Origin: Acidobacteriota bacterium
GTDB taxonomy: Bacteria; Acidobacteriota; Holophagae; Holophagales; Holophagaceae
Assembly: GCA_021794095.1 (NCBI GenBank)
Contig: JAJYRN010000013.1
Coordinates: 9,465 to 73,464, forward strand
Reading direction: 5' to 3'
DNA: 64,000 nt
Made by a program: the position numbers and the translations under genes. This document shows, piece by piece, positions 9,708 through 19,096 of this stretch (the stretch's first letter is position 1; each line of letters starts with the position of its first letter). The notes beneath the pieces were generated by a model, which was given only the letters and a program-made list of their open reading frames with translations, searched no databases and had not been told where the DNA came from.

Positions 9708-10356
9708 TCATCCCCCTTGCGGACCCGGCTGGTGGGAACGGGTCCACAGCACTTGGAAGAGAAGATCCGCCGCCGCCCGGTTGTAGAGCCGGACGGCCCG
9801 TTCGTCCTCGATATCCACATGACTTCGGATCAACCCCTCCATGTCGAGGTTGAGCAGGAAGAGCCCCCGGCCGGTTCCCGGCGGAGCCGGCTCCAGGCCG
9901 CCCAGCATCCCCGTATCGAAGGCGCCCACCACGAGGATGGCGCCGTCCATCGGCATGCGGCCCGTGGCGAGCCCCTGCTGAATCGCCGAGGCGACCATGG
10001 CGCCCCCGAGGCTGTGCCCAAGCACGAGCAGGGTCCCGCGACCGCCCAGATCCGCATGGAGCTGATTGAGAGCCTGATAGAGCCCCAACCGTCCGATCCG
10101 GAGGGCCCGCGCCTGGATGGAGCGGAACCCCAAGGGGCCGGAGTACCCGTCCCAGAGGATCAGCACCACCAGCTTCGAGCTGCGATCTTCGGGATGGCAG
10201 TAGGCGTGGATGGAGGCGCAACTGAGGCCGCCCGCCTCGTCCCGGGAACTGAGGCAGTCGAAGGCACCCCGGTAGATCCGGCGGGATCGTCGAAGGCGCG
10301 TGGCAGGCGAGCCCAAGAACGGCCACCGCAAGAATGGCGAGCCTCCGAAGGATCAT
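9708..10356 (-). pseudogene. Frameshifted alpha/beta-hydrolase lipoprotein
   Basis: Lipoprotein signal MILRRLAILAVAVLGLAC lies in the frame starting at 10356. The GHSLGG nucleophile elbow and high-GC3 codons lie in the +1 frame ending at 9708. The shift is near 10280. Confidence 0.55.
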
Positions 10357-10393
10357 GGTGTCCCCATTTGCCGGCCGAGGCTGAAGGCTTGGC

Positions 10394-10963
10394 CTAGTGG
10401 AAGAAGCCCACCAGCATGAGGTTCAGGGTCACCTCGTTCTTGAGGCTGATCTTGGCGGCCACGCTGTCGGCGCCGATGCCGAAATCGTTCCGGTTAAGGG
10501 GAACCGTGGCCCGGTAGGAATAGGTCAGGATGCCCGCGCCGTTGAGCCCGCTCTGCGCCGTGAACGTGATCTGAATCGGCTTCGAGACACCATGCATGGT
10601 CAGCGTGCCCTGGACCACCACCTTGTCGCCGTCCTTCCAGGCCTTGTTCGAGGTGAAGACGATCGTGGGGTACTTCGCCACATCGAAGAACTCCGCACTG
10701 CGGAGGTGCTTGTCCCGCAGGGCGTTGGCCGTATCCACGGACGTCGCATCCAGCTCGACGCGGATGGAAGCGCCCGCAAGGTCCGCCGGATCCCCTTTGA
10801 TGTTCAGCTTGTAGCGGTCGAACCGGCCCGGGACATCGAACAGCAGGGTCGAGGCCCGGAAGCCGAAGATGGTGTGGTTGGTATCCGGCGTGAAGGTCTG
10901 GGGCCCCGCGATGAGGGGAGCGGCCAACACAAAGGCGGATAGAAAGCAGGCAGACAGACGCAT
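10394..10963 (-). CDS. yceI: YceI family periplasmic lipid/polyisoprenoid-binding protein
   Basis: Signal peptide; DTNHT, VPGRF, SVDTANALRDKHLRSAEFFDVAKYPTIVF, GTLTMHGVSKP. Confidence 0.9.
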   Translation of the reverse strand: MRLSACFLSAFVLAAPLIAGPQTFTPDTNHTIFGFRASTLLFDVPGRFDRYKLNIKGDPADLAGASIRVELDATSVDTANALRDKHLRSAEFFDVAKYPTIVFTSNKAWKDGDKVVVQGTLTMHGVSKPIQITFTAQSGLNGAGILTYSYRATVPLNRNDFGIGADSVAAKISLKNEVTLNLMLVGFFH

Positions 10964-11134
10964 GACGCCCTCCGGAAGGTAGGTGGAATGGGAATGGCCC
11001 AGATGAGGACTTGGAGTGGCCTCGCCCCTCCGCCTGTGACGGGAGATTTTCAGTGCCAGGCTCTTGTCATGCTCCGCGAACGGGCATCAACTAAGGAGCG
11101 CTCGCGGTCCAAGATCCGCACGCTGGAGATTCCA

Positions 11135-11803
11135 ATGATGCACAAGGGTCCAGTCCTTCTCCTGATCGCTGCGTGGATGGCCATCGGCCTCTTGGCCCAG
11201 CCTCCCGCTAAGCCGGATGTCAAGGCCATCTTTGCGAAAGCCACGGCGGATCTTGAGAAGACGGGCCAAGCTGAACGCGCCATTCATCAGGGGCAGAAGG
11301 CGCCCGACTTTACCCTCCCCGACGCCAAGGGCCACCCTGTCCACCTGGCGGATCTCCTGAAGAAAGGCCCCGTGGTGCTGACCTTCTATCGCGGGGGGTG
11401 GTGCCCCTTCTGCAACCGCCAGCTCAAGAGCTACCAGGATCATCTCGCGGAGATCCGCGCCCTGGGGGCCGAGTTGGTGGCCGTCTCTCCCCAGCTTCCG
11501 GATTTCACCGTCTCGACGGCCGAGAAGGACGCCCTGACCTTTCCGGTGCTCAGTGATGTGGGCAACAAAGTGGCCCGTACCTATGGCCTCGTCTTCCGGG
11601 TGCCGGACGCGGTGATCCCCATCTACCGCCAGTTCGGAGTTGATCTGGAGAAGCGGAACGGCGACGCGTCCCACGAGCTGCCCATGCCCGGAACCTACAT
11701 CATCGGCCGCGACGGGATCGTCCGGCTCTCCTACGTCCAAGCCGACTACACCAAGCGGCTTCCCGTCGAGGATCTGCTCGCGGGGTTGCGGAAGATACGC
11801 TGA
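11135..11803 (+). CDS. Peroxiredoxin-like (AhpC/TSA, PRX-like2) protein with signal peptide
   Basis: APDFTLPD, VVLTFYRGGWCPFCNRQL, ELPMPGTYIIGRDG. GGAG RBS before ATG 11135. Confidence 0.88.
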   Translation: MMHKGPVLLLIAAWMAIGLLAQPPAKPDVKAIFAKATADLEKTGQAERAIHQGQKAPDFTLPDAKGHPVHLADLLKKGPVVLTFYRGGWCPFCNRQLKSYQDHLAEIRALGAELVAVSPQLPDFTVSTAEKDALTFPVLSDVGNKVARTYGLVFRVPDAVIPIYRQFGVDLEKRNGDASHELPMPGTYIIGRDGIVRLSYVQADYTKRLPVEDLLAGLRKIR

Positions 11804-11845
11804 TCTGAACGAGGGGGGACCGCCTGTCCGCCTTCGGCTCGCGAC
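11801..11845 (+). repeat. Partial copy of the 99-bp hairpin repeat
   Basis: TGATCTGAACGAGGGGGGACCGCCTGTCCGCCTTCGGCTCGCGA; begins at the stop codon of the peroxiredoxin-like gene. Confidence 0.85.
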
Positions 11846-11873
11846 GATGCAGGCTGGAACAGCCGAGGTGCCT

Positions 11874-12299
11874 GTGAACCGTGCTGCGCTGAAAGATGAA
11901 GTCTTCATGAACATGGCGCTGGAGTTGAGCCGCCTCGGAACCTGCTGCCGGTTGCAGGTCGGGGCGGTGTTGCTGCGCTCGGATGGGGGCATCGCGGCGG
12001 CGGGCTTCAATGGCGCGCTGCCGGGTATGCCGCACTGCACGCCCGGTACCTGCAAGCCCGGCCAGCGCTGCCTGCACACCAGCCACGCGGAAGAGAATGC
12101 CCTGGGCTTCTGCGATGGCCCCGTGGCCACGGCCTACGTCACCCACGAACCCTGCCTCGTCTGCACCCGGGCCCTGGTGCGGCGCGGGGTGCGTCGGGTG
12201 GTATTCCGCCATCCCTACGTCAGCATCGCGGAGCAGGAACGGATCGAACGGCAGGCGATCCTCGACCACTTCGCCGTCCGCTGGGAGTGTTTGACCTGA
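11874..12299 (+). CDS. dCMP deaminase/ComEB-like cytidine deaminase family protein
   Basis: TCCRLQVGAVL, GFNG, HAEENAL and HEPCLVC zinc motifs. GTG start after GAGG (alternative ATG at 11847). Confidence 0.85.
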   Translation: MNRAALKDEVFMNMALELSRLGTCCRLQVGAVLLRSDGGIAAAGFNGALPGMPHCTPGTCKPGQRCLHTSHAEENALGFCDGPVATAYVTHEPCLVCTRALVRRGVRRVVFRHPYVSIAEQERIERQAILDHFAVRWECLT

Positions 12300-12411
12300 A
12301 CGAGGGGGGACCGCCTGCTCACCTTCGGTTCGCGATGTCCCCCCTCGTGCACCCCCACGGGACGTTCCGGCCAAGCCGGAACATCCCGTCTGGCCTGAAC
12401 GAGGGGGGACC
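12292..12411 (+). repeat. 99-bp double-hairpin repeat, one full unit plus the start of a second
   Basis: GAGGGGGGAC at 12302 and 12401 (period 99); hairpins GAGGGGGGAC/GTCCCCCCTC and ACGGGACGTTCCGG/CCGGAACATCCCGT. Confidence 0.9.
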
Positions 12412-12421
12412 GGGCGGAGGT

Positions 12422-13373
12422 TCAGATGCCGCGGGTCTCCCAGGTGGGCACGGGCGCGGTTTCCAGGGTCAGTTCGGTCCCGTCATCCAGCACCAGCACG
12501 GTGCGTGGTCCCGGGCGGATCTCCATGATGGTGCGTCCCCGCAGGCGGTCCCCGGTGTCGCGCTGCCAGGGGATGCCCACGGGGTAGGTCTGGCGGTAGG
12601 CCTCGACCAGGGGCTCGAGGCTGGCGCAGAGCTGGTCCAGCGCCTGGCGGAAGGCGGTCCGGAACCCTTTGGGGGGGATTGGATCCAGCCCCGCGGCGGC
12701 CAGGAAGGTCTCCGGCCCCACGGGCCGCTGGGTGGCTGGGGTTTCCGTTTGCCAGCAGCGGTGGCTGTCCAGGGTTTCGCTTTCGAGGACCACGGCGCGA
12801 TCCCGATGGATGCCCAGCCAGAGGGACACCCGCCCGCAGGCGGTGCCCTGGCCTTCGAAATCGAGGGGTTGCTGGCCATCGTCCTGGAAGACCACGGCCC
12901 GGAGGGGCAGCCATTCGAAGGTCTCCACCACCTTGTCGGTCACAGGCCCGGTGCTGCCCCGTCGCAGCTCGGCCACGGCGTTGGCAAAGGCCTGGCGGAG
13001 GGTGGGCGAGGCAGATCACGCCTTCGGGCACGCCCAGGGCATCCAGAGCCAGGGGAGGTTCGTGCCAGCCGGCCGTCAGGGCCGGTACCACCTGCTGGAA
13101 CAGGATCAGGGCGGGATCCCAGTCCCAGTGCCGGCTGGGCTCGTAGCCCAATTCCCGGCAGAGGTCGAACCAGGGGGAACCCGGTGCGGCATCTCCCGGA
13201 CCATAGATGGCGTGGCCATCCAGGAAGATCCGGCAGCCGGGGCCTGAGGGCGGAAGGCGGCTGATGACCACCTCGTGGCGGCCCAGGGTGGCCAGGTCCG
13301 TCTCCTGGTACGGATGATCCTCCCGCCGCATCACCTTCAGCGGCGCGCCGAGGATCCAGGCATCCAGAGCCAC
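12422..13373 (-). pseudogene. Hypothetical protein split by a +1 frameshift near 13010
   Basis: GGAGGG RBS and GTG 13373 start a high-GC3 frame up to GVIC. Good codon usage then continues in the +1 frame (SPTLRQAFANAVAELRR...) to TGA at 12422. Confidence 0.55.
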
Positions 13374-13451
13374 GTATGCCCTCCGTGGATGGGAAACGTG
13401 GGGCCTGAAGGCTGATCCGTCAAGGAAATAAAGGGATTTGGTGGTTGAAAA

Positions 13452-15566
13452 TCAATTCAGCTTCGTCAGCGCGATGCCGGGGTAGTAGTGGGTGAGGATC
13501 TGCTCGAAGGTGGCGCCTTCCAGGGCCATGCCATAGGCGCCGGTCTGGCACATGCCTACGCCATGCCCCCAGCCCCGGCCGTAGAAGATCCAGTGGCGGT
13601 CAGCCCCCTGGCCCACGGTGAGGTAGCGGAAGACATTGTCCTTCAGGCCCAGCAGGCCCCGGATGTGCATGCCGTGGAGCCGGTGCGGTCGGCCCCGGTC
13701 ATCCACCAAGGTCGCCTCCAGCACCCGCCCTTCGGCATCGTGCTGAAGGCGGAGGGTGCGGATCCCCTTCACGGCCAGCCGCTTCTGCACCAGGGCCAGG
13801 AGGTCGGCCTCGGAGTATTCCACGCGCCAGTGGGCTGAGGGGCTGTAGCGGTCCCAGGCCGCGCCATCGGGATCCAGGCGGCGCACGAGAATACGGGCCG
13901 GGCCGCTGGCGGGGAGCCACATCAGCCGGTCTCCCACCTGGATCTCCGCCTTCGACACCAGCCGCAGGGAGCCATCCGGCGCTTTTTCCGCCAGGAGGAG
14001 ATCCGGCGCCAGCGCCAGGGGTTCGGGGCCGGCGTTCTTGCGCCGCACCTGGCGATCCAGGAGGAGGGTGCCTTCGCCAGGCGCGGAAGGGCTGAGGTCA
14101 TCCCAGAGCCGCGCCAGCACCTGAAGGGCATCCTGAAGGGTGGGGCCCCGGCGCGCGAGCCAGGCCCCGGCCGGTACCAGGCCGCGCCGGCTGAGGAATT
14201 CGGCCAGCAGGCGATCCCGCCCCGGCAGGCCATCGGCCTGGAAATAGGCCGCATCCTGGGGGCGTTCCTGGCCTTCCACGAGCTGGTCGAAGCCGAGGGC
14301 CCGGGCCAGGGCCAGGTAGAGGTTTCCGCTCGCCGGGAGCGGACGCGGCGCCATCCCGAGGTGCTGCTGGAGGGCGAGGACCGGCGCGGCGAGGCGGGCG
14401 GCCGTGGCGGGCGCATCCAGCACGTTCGGGTCGAGCCACGCGGCCGGAATGATGCCGTCCGCGAGGCGGAGCAGATCCCAGCTCAGCCAGGGCTGGCTGG
14501 CCGCGGCGGGGACCGGGACGCCCGAGGCGAAGGGAAGGGTGAGCGGCTTGGCGGGATAGTCGGGCACGCCCTTGAGGTAGGGCGCGTTGCCTCCGAAGAC
14601 CTGGGATACGTCCACCGTGTGTCCGCCGCAGTTGGCCATGAAGAGCGCCAGGATGGGCTTGCCGCCGTAGGTGGCGATGACGCCGGCTGTCTCCTGCACG
14701 GCCCGGTCCGTGAGTGCCTGCTCCGCATCCCGGCCGCCATAGACCTGATCGGCCACGGTGTCGGTCATGTCGAAGCCATCCTTCGCGTGTTTGCCCAGGT
14801 TGGCGATGGCGTAGGTGCGGGCCGCCACCGCCTGGGCCTTGAGCGCTTCCAGCGAGGGGAACTCCCAGGCGCCCATCTCCTTGGGCACCACGCCACGCAG
14901 GTAAGTCTCCAGATCCAGGGTGTTCACCGCGGCGAGCCGCCCCTGGGCATTGGGGAAGATCTCCACCTTGCCCCGGTAGCGGCCCTTGCCGACGAGGGTG
15001 GTCAGCTCGCCGGTCGGCTTCAGCCAGACGCCGTCGAGGGGCAGGGGGCGGCGCTCGTAGGCTTCGGTGATGGCATAGAGGGCGCGGCCTTTGCGGGGTG
15101 GCACGGTCAGGGGTTCGGAAGAGACCCAGAGCTCCTCCAGCCCCAGATCCTGGAGCTTGTGGAGCAGGGGTTCCGCCGCCGCGAGGGTCTGGAAATGGCC
15201 GGTGAGCACGCGCCAAGTGTCCGCATCCGGCACCTTCACCCGGTCCGGCACTTCACCGGCGGCGCGCAGGCGGGCCATGAGCCTCTCGGCGGCCTCCAGG
15301 GCGAGGGGATGGCTCACCTGCACCCGGTATTCCTCCGTGGGATCGGAGATGCCTTTGCTGTCCCACCAGATCCGGAGCTTCTCGCCCGGCGCCACGGCCA
15401 TCAGCGGGGTGCCGGCCCGGTCGCAGACCTGGCCGCCGCCCTCCAGCTGGATCACCCATTCCGAGGCCTGGGCCCCAAGCCCGATGCGCACCGTGGGCTC
15501 GGCGGCACGGATGGGGAGGCCCTGAAAAAGGAGAAGGAACAGGACGGGAAGAGAGAGGCGGAACAT
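13452..15566 (-). CDS. SpoIID/LytB-domain peptidoglycan enzyme with SPOR domain
   Basis: Signal peptide; SPOR-like YRVQV...WRVLTGHF; YLRGVVPKEMG, EALKAQAVAARTYA, GRGWGHGVGMCQTGA...ILTHYYPG. Confidence 0.9.
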   Translation of the reverse strand: MFRLSLPVLFLLLFQGLPIRAAEPTVRIGLGAQASEWVIQLEGGGQVCDRAGTPLMAVAPGEKLRIWWDSKGISDPTEEYRVQVSHPLALEAAERLMARLRAAGEVPDRVKVPDADTWRVLTGHFQTLAAAEPLLHKLQDLGLEELWVSSEPLTVPPRKGRALYAITEAYERRPLPLDGVWLKPTGELTTLVGKGRYRGKVEIFPNAQGRLAAVNTLDLETYLRGVVPKEMGAWEFPSLEALKAQAVAARTYAIANLGKHAKDGFDMTDTVADQVYGGRDAEQALTDRAVQETAGVIATYGGKPILALFMANCGGHTVDVSQVFGGNAPYLKGVPDYPAKPLTLPFASGVPVPAAASQPWLSWDLLRLADGIIPAAWLDPNVLDAPATAARLAAPVLALQQHLGMAPRPLPASGNLYLALARALGFDQLVEGQERPQDAAYFQADGLPGRDRLLAEFLSRRGLVPAGAWLARRGPTLQDALQVLARLWDDLSPSAPGEGTLLLDRQVRRKNAGPEPLALAPDLLLAEKAPDGSLRLVSKAEIQVGDRLMWLPASGPARILVRRLDPDGAAWDRYSPSAHWRVEYSEADLLALVQKRLAVKGIRTLRLQHDAEGRVLEATLVDDRGRPHRLHGMHIRGLLGLKDNVFRYLTVGQGADRHWIFYGRGWGHGVGMCQTGAYGMALEGATFEQILTHYYPGIALTKLN

Positions 15567-15578
15567 GCCTCCATTGGA

Positions 15579-16535
15579 TCATGGACGCCCAGGGGGAGCC
15601 GTGGTCCAGGCTTCGAGGGCCTGCCACCTCCGAGCGCGGAGGGCTTCCACGTCGAGCAGGTCCCCGGCCGGACCCCGCCGGTGGACCAGCAGAGCCAGGC
15701 AGGCCCGGTCCGAGGGGCGGAAGAACAGGGCGGGCCCCGTATAGCCGAAGTGGAACCACCAGCCCGAGGGAATCTTCGGGGGGCCCTCCGGCCTGGGCGC
15801 GGGCGGCGGCGCGGCTTCGGTGGACGCTTCGATGACCTGGCAGCCGATGCCTTCCGGTACACGCGACAGAAGCTGTCCAAACCGTCCTGGGCCGTCGAAG
15901 GCTCTCTGGAGCCCCAGGCCCCAGAGGACGCCCTCTTCACCACAGGCGGTCTCGACGGCCATCCGGATGGGCCAGCCTGCGGCCACCCAACGTGCCAGGG
16001 TGGTCTGCAACTGGGGCGCGGTGGTCCCGAAGCCCGCATGGCCAGTCATCCCGGCACGGGCATTGGCATCGTGGGGAAGGTGCGGATCCCGCGCCGGCAA
16101 GGGGGACTCGGTGGCGAGGGCCCAGGCGATGGCATCGGGGCCATCCGGAATGGTCACGGGCGCCTCGGACCAGGGCGCAGGCTGGAGGCCCAGGGCGGCG
16201 CCCAGCTTCGGGAAGGGCACCCCCGTCTCCCGCTGGAGCAGCTCGGCCAGCAACCGGTAGTTCAGGTCCGAGTAGGTGGCGAGCCCCGGCGTGGCTGGCC
16301 GCAACAGGGGATGACCGGCCACCGGCCGCCGGAGCTGGGCCGCGACGGATTCCCCGGTGAAGGGCCGCCAGGGGGGCAGGCCGGAGCTATGCGACAGCAG
16401 CTGACGGACCGTCAGCGGCCTCTCCCGGTCGTGGAAGCCCAGGGGCCAGCGGCGGTCCGCATCGAGGTTGAGGAAGGCCAGGGCCAGCGGCGCCGTCACC
16501 AGGGGTTTGGCGAGGGAGGCGAGGTCGTAGAACAT
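15579..16535 (-). CDS. Serine hydrolase, beta-lactamase/class C esterase family
   Basis: SxxK (ASLAK), LLSHSSGLP, YSDLNY, GHAGF, HFGYTG. ATG 16535 lies just after the upstream stop. Confidence 0.8.
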   Translation of the reverse strand: MFYDLASLAKPLVTAPLALAFLNLDADRRWPLGFHDRERPLTVRQLLSHSSGLPPWRPFTGESVAAQLRRPVAGHPLLRPATPGLATYSDLNYRLLAELLQRETGVPFPKLGAALGLQPAPWSEAPVTIPDGPDAIAWALATESPLPARDPHLPHDANARAGMTGHAGFGTTAPQLQTTLARWVAAGWPIRMAVETACGEEGVLWGLGLQRAFDGPGRFGQLLSRVPEGIGCQVIEASTEAAPPPAPRPEGPPKIPSGWWFHFGYTGPALFFRPSDRACLALLVHRRGPAGDLLDVEALRARRWQALEAWTTAPPGRP

Positions 16536-16542
16536 CGCGGCC

Positions 16543-17508
16543 CTAGGCGCGTCCCAGCTCCGCCAGGCTTTTCGCGACGGCCTTCTGCACCTGGTCTGCC
16601 ACGCGCATGGCCTCCTGCCCTTCTTCCCAGGTGACCCCTTCCGTGCCGAGGCCCAGACAGGCGGCATGGAAGGCTTCGATTTCCAGGCGCAGGGGCTCGC
16701 CCTCCTGGATATCCACCTGTTCAGGCTGGACCTGCGGTCCCTCGGGGCCCATCACCAGACGCAACAGCTCCAGCTTCTGGGCCGCGAAGTCCAGGCTGGC
16801 GTATTCCTTGTCGCCGAAGGCCCGCAGGGTGCGCTCCTTCTTGCGGGCCACGCGGCTGGCGGTGACGGTGGCGAAGGCGCCGCCCGCGAACTTCAGGCGG
16901 GCATTCACCAGGTCGGCGTAGGGGGTGAGCACCGGCACGCCCACGGCCTCCACGTCCACCACGGGACGCCCGACGAGGGCGCGCAGCAGATCCAGGTCGT
17001 GGATCATCACGTCCATCACCACATCCACTTCGAGGCTCCGGGCCGGGAAGGGCGACACCCGCACGGCTTCCAGGAAGCGGGGCTTGAAGCCGCGGTCCCG
17101 CAGGGCGGCGACGGCGGGATTGAAGCGTTCCAGGTGGCCCACCTGCGCGACCAGCCCGGGATTCGCCTGCCGGGCGGCGGCGAGGGCTTCCAGGAGGGCC
17201 AGGCCTTCCTCCAGGGTGGCCGCCAGGGGCTTCTCCATGAGGATGTGCTTACCGGCCTTCAGGGCCTGGAGGCCCAGGGCGTGATGAAAGCCGGTGGGCG
17301 CGGCGATCTGCACGGCATCCACCATCGGCAGCGCCTCGGCCAGCGTGGCCATCCAGGGCGCGCCCGACTTGGCCGCGATCTCCGGCCCGCGGATGGGATC
17401 CGGATCCACCACCACCGCCAGTGTCGCCTCGGGCGCCGAGGCGGCGATGCGGGCGTGATGCTGGCCCAGGTGCCCGACTCCAACGACGGCCACGCGCAGC
17501 TTGGACAT
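16543..17508 (-). CDS. Gfo/Idh/MocA oxidoreductase (GnnA-like UDP-GlcNAc dehydrogenase family)
   Basis: VAVVGVGHLG, ILMEKPLA, QVGHLERFNPA, DVMIHDLD. Confidence 0.85.
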   Translation of the reverse strand: MSKLRVAVVGVGHLGQHHARIAASAPEATLAVVVDPDPIRGPEIAAKSGAPWMATLAEALPMVDAVQIAAPTGFHHALGLQALKAGKHILMEKPLAATLEEGLALLEALAAARQANPGLVAQVGHLERFNPAVAALRDRGFKPRFLEAVRVSPFPARSLEVDVVMDVMIHDLDLLRALVGRPVVDVEAVGVPVLTPYADLVNARLKFAGGAFATVTASRVARKKERTLRAFGDKEYASLDFAAQKLELLRLVMGPEGPQVQPEQVDIQEGEPLRLEIEAFHAACLGLGTEGVTWEEGQEAMRVADQVQKAVAKSLAELGRA

Positions 17509-17574
17509 GGTGCCTCCCGACGGACGAGCCTAGCAGGGCTGGTAAGCTCAAAGGCTCACACTCACGAGGCGACC

Positions 17575-18057
17575 ATGAACCTCCACCTGGAAGCTGCCCA
17601 TGTCCTCCGCTGGCTGCACATCGTGGCCATTGCCACCGGTGGAGGCGCCGCCGTGGTGGCGCTGCTGCTGTCCGGGTTTGAAGATGGGCGCGAGGATCTG
17701 CGCGGCCTCGCTGCCACGGTCTGGGCCAAGGTCGTGGCCTGGGCTTTCCGCATGGCCGTGGTCTTCGGTGCGCTGCTGCTCGTGGTCCTGCTTCAGCAGG
17801 GGGACAATCCTTTCGTCGTGGGCCGGGCCTTTACGATCAAGCTGGTGCTGGCATTGATTCTCCTGGGACTATCGGAGATGACGCCGAAGGCCCTGGCCGC
17901 CGGGAAACGTGGATCGGCCCTCTTGGTCGTGGTGCTCTTCCTCACGACCACCTTTGTGATGTACAACCAGGGGCTCTTCGTTTCGGCGTCTCAGGTGCTC
18001 CCAGCATCTCAGGTGATTCCGCCGCCCCAGGCCACCGCCGGTCCCCAGGCCCATTGA
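17575..18057 (+). CDS. Hypothetical 4-TM membrane protein
   Basis: MNLHLEAAHVLRWLHIVA...; GAGG RBS; four hydrophobic segments including FTIKLVLALIL. Confidence 0.7.
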   Translation: MNLHLEAAHVLRWLHIVAIATGGGAAVVALLLSGFEDGREDLRGLAATVWAKVVAWAFRMAVVFGALLLVVLLQQGDNPFVVGRAFTIKLVLALILLGLSEMTPKALAAGKRGSALLVVVLFLTTTFVMYNQGLFVSASQVLPASQVIPPPQATAGPQAH

Positions 18058-18104
18058 TGCTTCTCTGACCCTCGGGATGGGGCCCGATGATGGGCCGCCA
18101 CGAA

Positions 18105-18354
18105 GCTCAGCGTCCGCCCGGAGGGCGTGGGGCACGGGCCCTCAGTCTTCGGGTTCCTCGTAGTCCGCGTTGTGCCGGGGGTCCCGCTCCGCGAGGCCGC
18201 GAAGCGGGGGAGTGGGAGGACGGCGCGATGCGGCGTCCGATCGCGGGCCGCCAGAGACGCGTGCGGCCGGGAAGTCCCGGCCGCTCAGCGTCCGCCCGGA
18301 GGGCGTGGGGCACGGGCCCTCAGTCTTCGGGTTCCTCGTAATCGGCGTTGTGCC
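18105..18354. repeat. 72-bp direct repeat (18105-18176 and 18283-18354) duplicating the yebC 3' end and downstream sequence
   Basis: The copies differ at 2 nt, both synonymous (GCC/GCG, GAT/GAC); both encode [10 protein letters not shown]. Confidence 0.92.
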
Positions 18355-19051
18355 ACACGTTCTGCACATCGTCGTTGTCTTCAAGGAGGTCCACCAGCTT
18401 GAGGAAGCTGGTGAGCTTGGATCCTTCGAGGGCGGTGCTGGTGCTGGGGGCCATGATGAGCTTGGCCTCGATGACGGGCAGCTTGGCGGCATCCACGGCA
18501 TCCTTCACGGCCTGGTAGGCCTCGGGGCTGGTCTTGATGACCCAGGCGCCGTCCTCGTTGGCCACGTCGTCGGCGCCAGCCTCCAGAGCCACCTCCATGA
18601 CCGTGTCTTCGGACACGTCGGGCTCCACCACGATCTGGCCCTGCTTGGTGAACAGGTAGGCCACCGAGCCCTGGGCGCCCAGATCGCCGCCGAACTTGGC
18701 GAAGTAGCTGCGGACCTCAGGCGTCGTGCGGTTCTTGTTGTCGGTCATGGCTTCGATCATCACGGCCACGCCACCGGGGCCGTAGCCCTCGTAGACCACC
18801 TCCTCGTAGGTCACGCCTTCGAGTTCACCGGTGCCCTTCTTGATGGCGCGTTCCCAGTTGTCCTTGGGCATGTTGCTGCCCTTGGCCTGATCCACCGCCA
18901 GACGCAGGCGGGGATTGCTGTTCACATCGCCACCGCCCAGGCGGGCGGCCACGGTGATCTCCTTGAGGATCCTTGTGAAGACCTTGCCGCGCTTGGCATC
19001 CGCGGCGCCCTTTTTGTGCTTGATGGTGGACCATTTGCTGTGGCCGGACAT
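18320..19051 (-). CDS. yebC: YebC/PmpR family protein
   Basis: [48 protein letters not shown]. Confidence 0.97.
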   Translation of the reverse strand: MSGHSKWSTIKHKKGAADAKRGKVFTRILKEITVAARLGGGDVNSNPRLRLAVDQAKGSNMPKDNWERAIKKGTGELEGVTYEEVVYEGYGPGGVAVMIEAMTDNKNRTTPEVRSYFAKFGGDLGAQGSVAYLFTKQGQIVVEPDVSEDTVMEVALEAGADDVANEDGAWVIKTSPEAYQAVKDAVDAAKLPVIEAKLIMAPSTSTALEGSKLTSFLKLVDLLEDNDDVQNVWHNADYEEPED

Positions 19052-19096
19052 GGCTTGCTCCAGGGAAAGACGGTGGATCAGGGAGGGTGATTCGGA

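Noticed and set aside
11640-11873. N-terminal extension of the dCMP deaminase given in the ORF track
   Set aside because: It overlaps the peroxiredoxin-like gene and the repeat; the RBS and homology begin at GTG 11874.
9708-13373. Programmed ribosomal frameshifting for the two split genes
   Set aside because: No slippery heptamer or homopolymer at either junction; decay or a sequencing indel is more parsimonious.
14361-16634. 757-aa plus-strand ORF, and similar long ORFs at 44-1441, 684-2246, 44775-47321, 48373-50586 and 60683-62218
   Set aside because: Antisense or alternate-frame shadows of well-supported genes; expected in high-GC DNA; no recognisable motifs.
18105-18354. yebC duplication as a DGR template/variable repeat pair
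   Set aside because: Mismatches are not adenine-specific, the encoded peptide is unchanged, and no reverse transcriptase is present.
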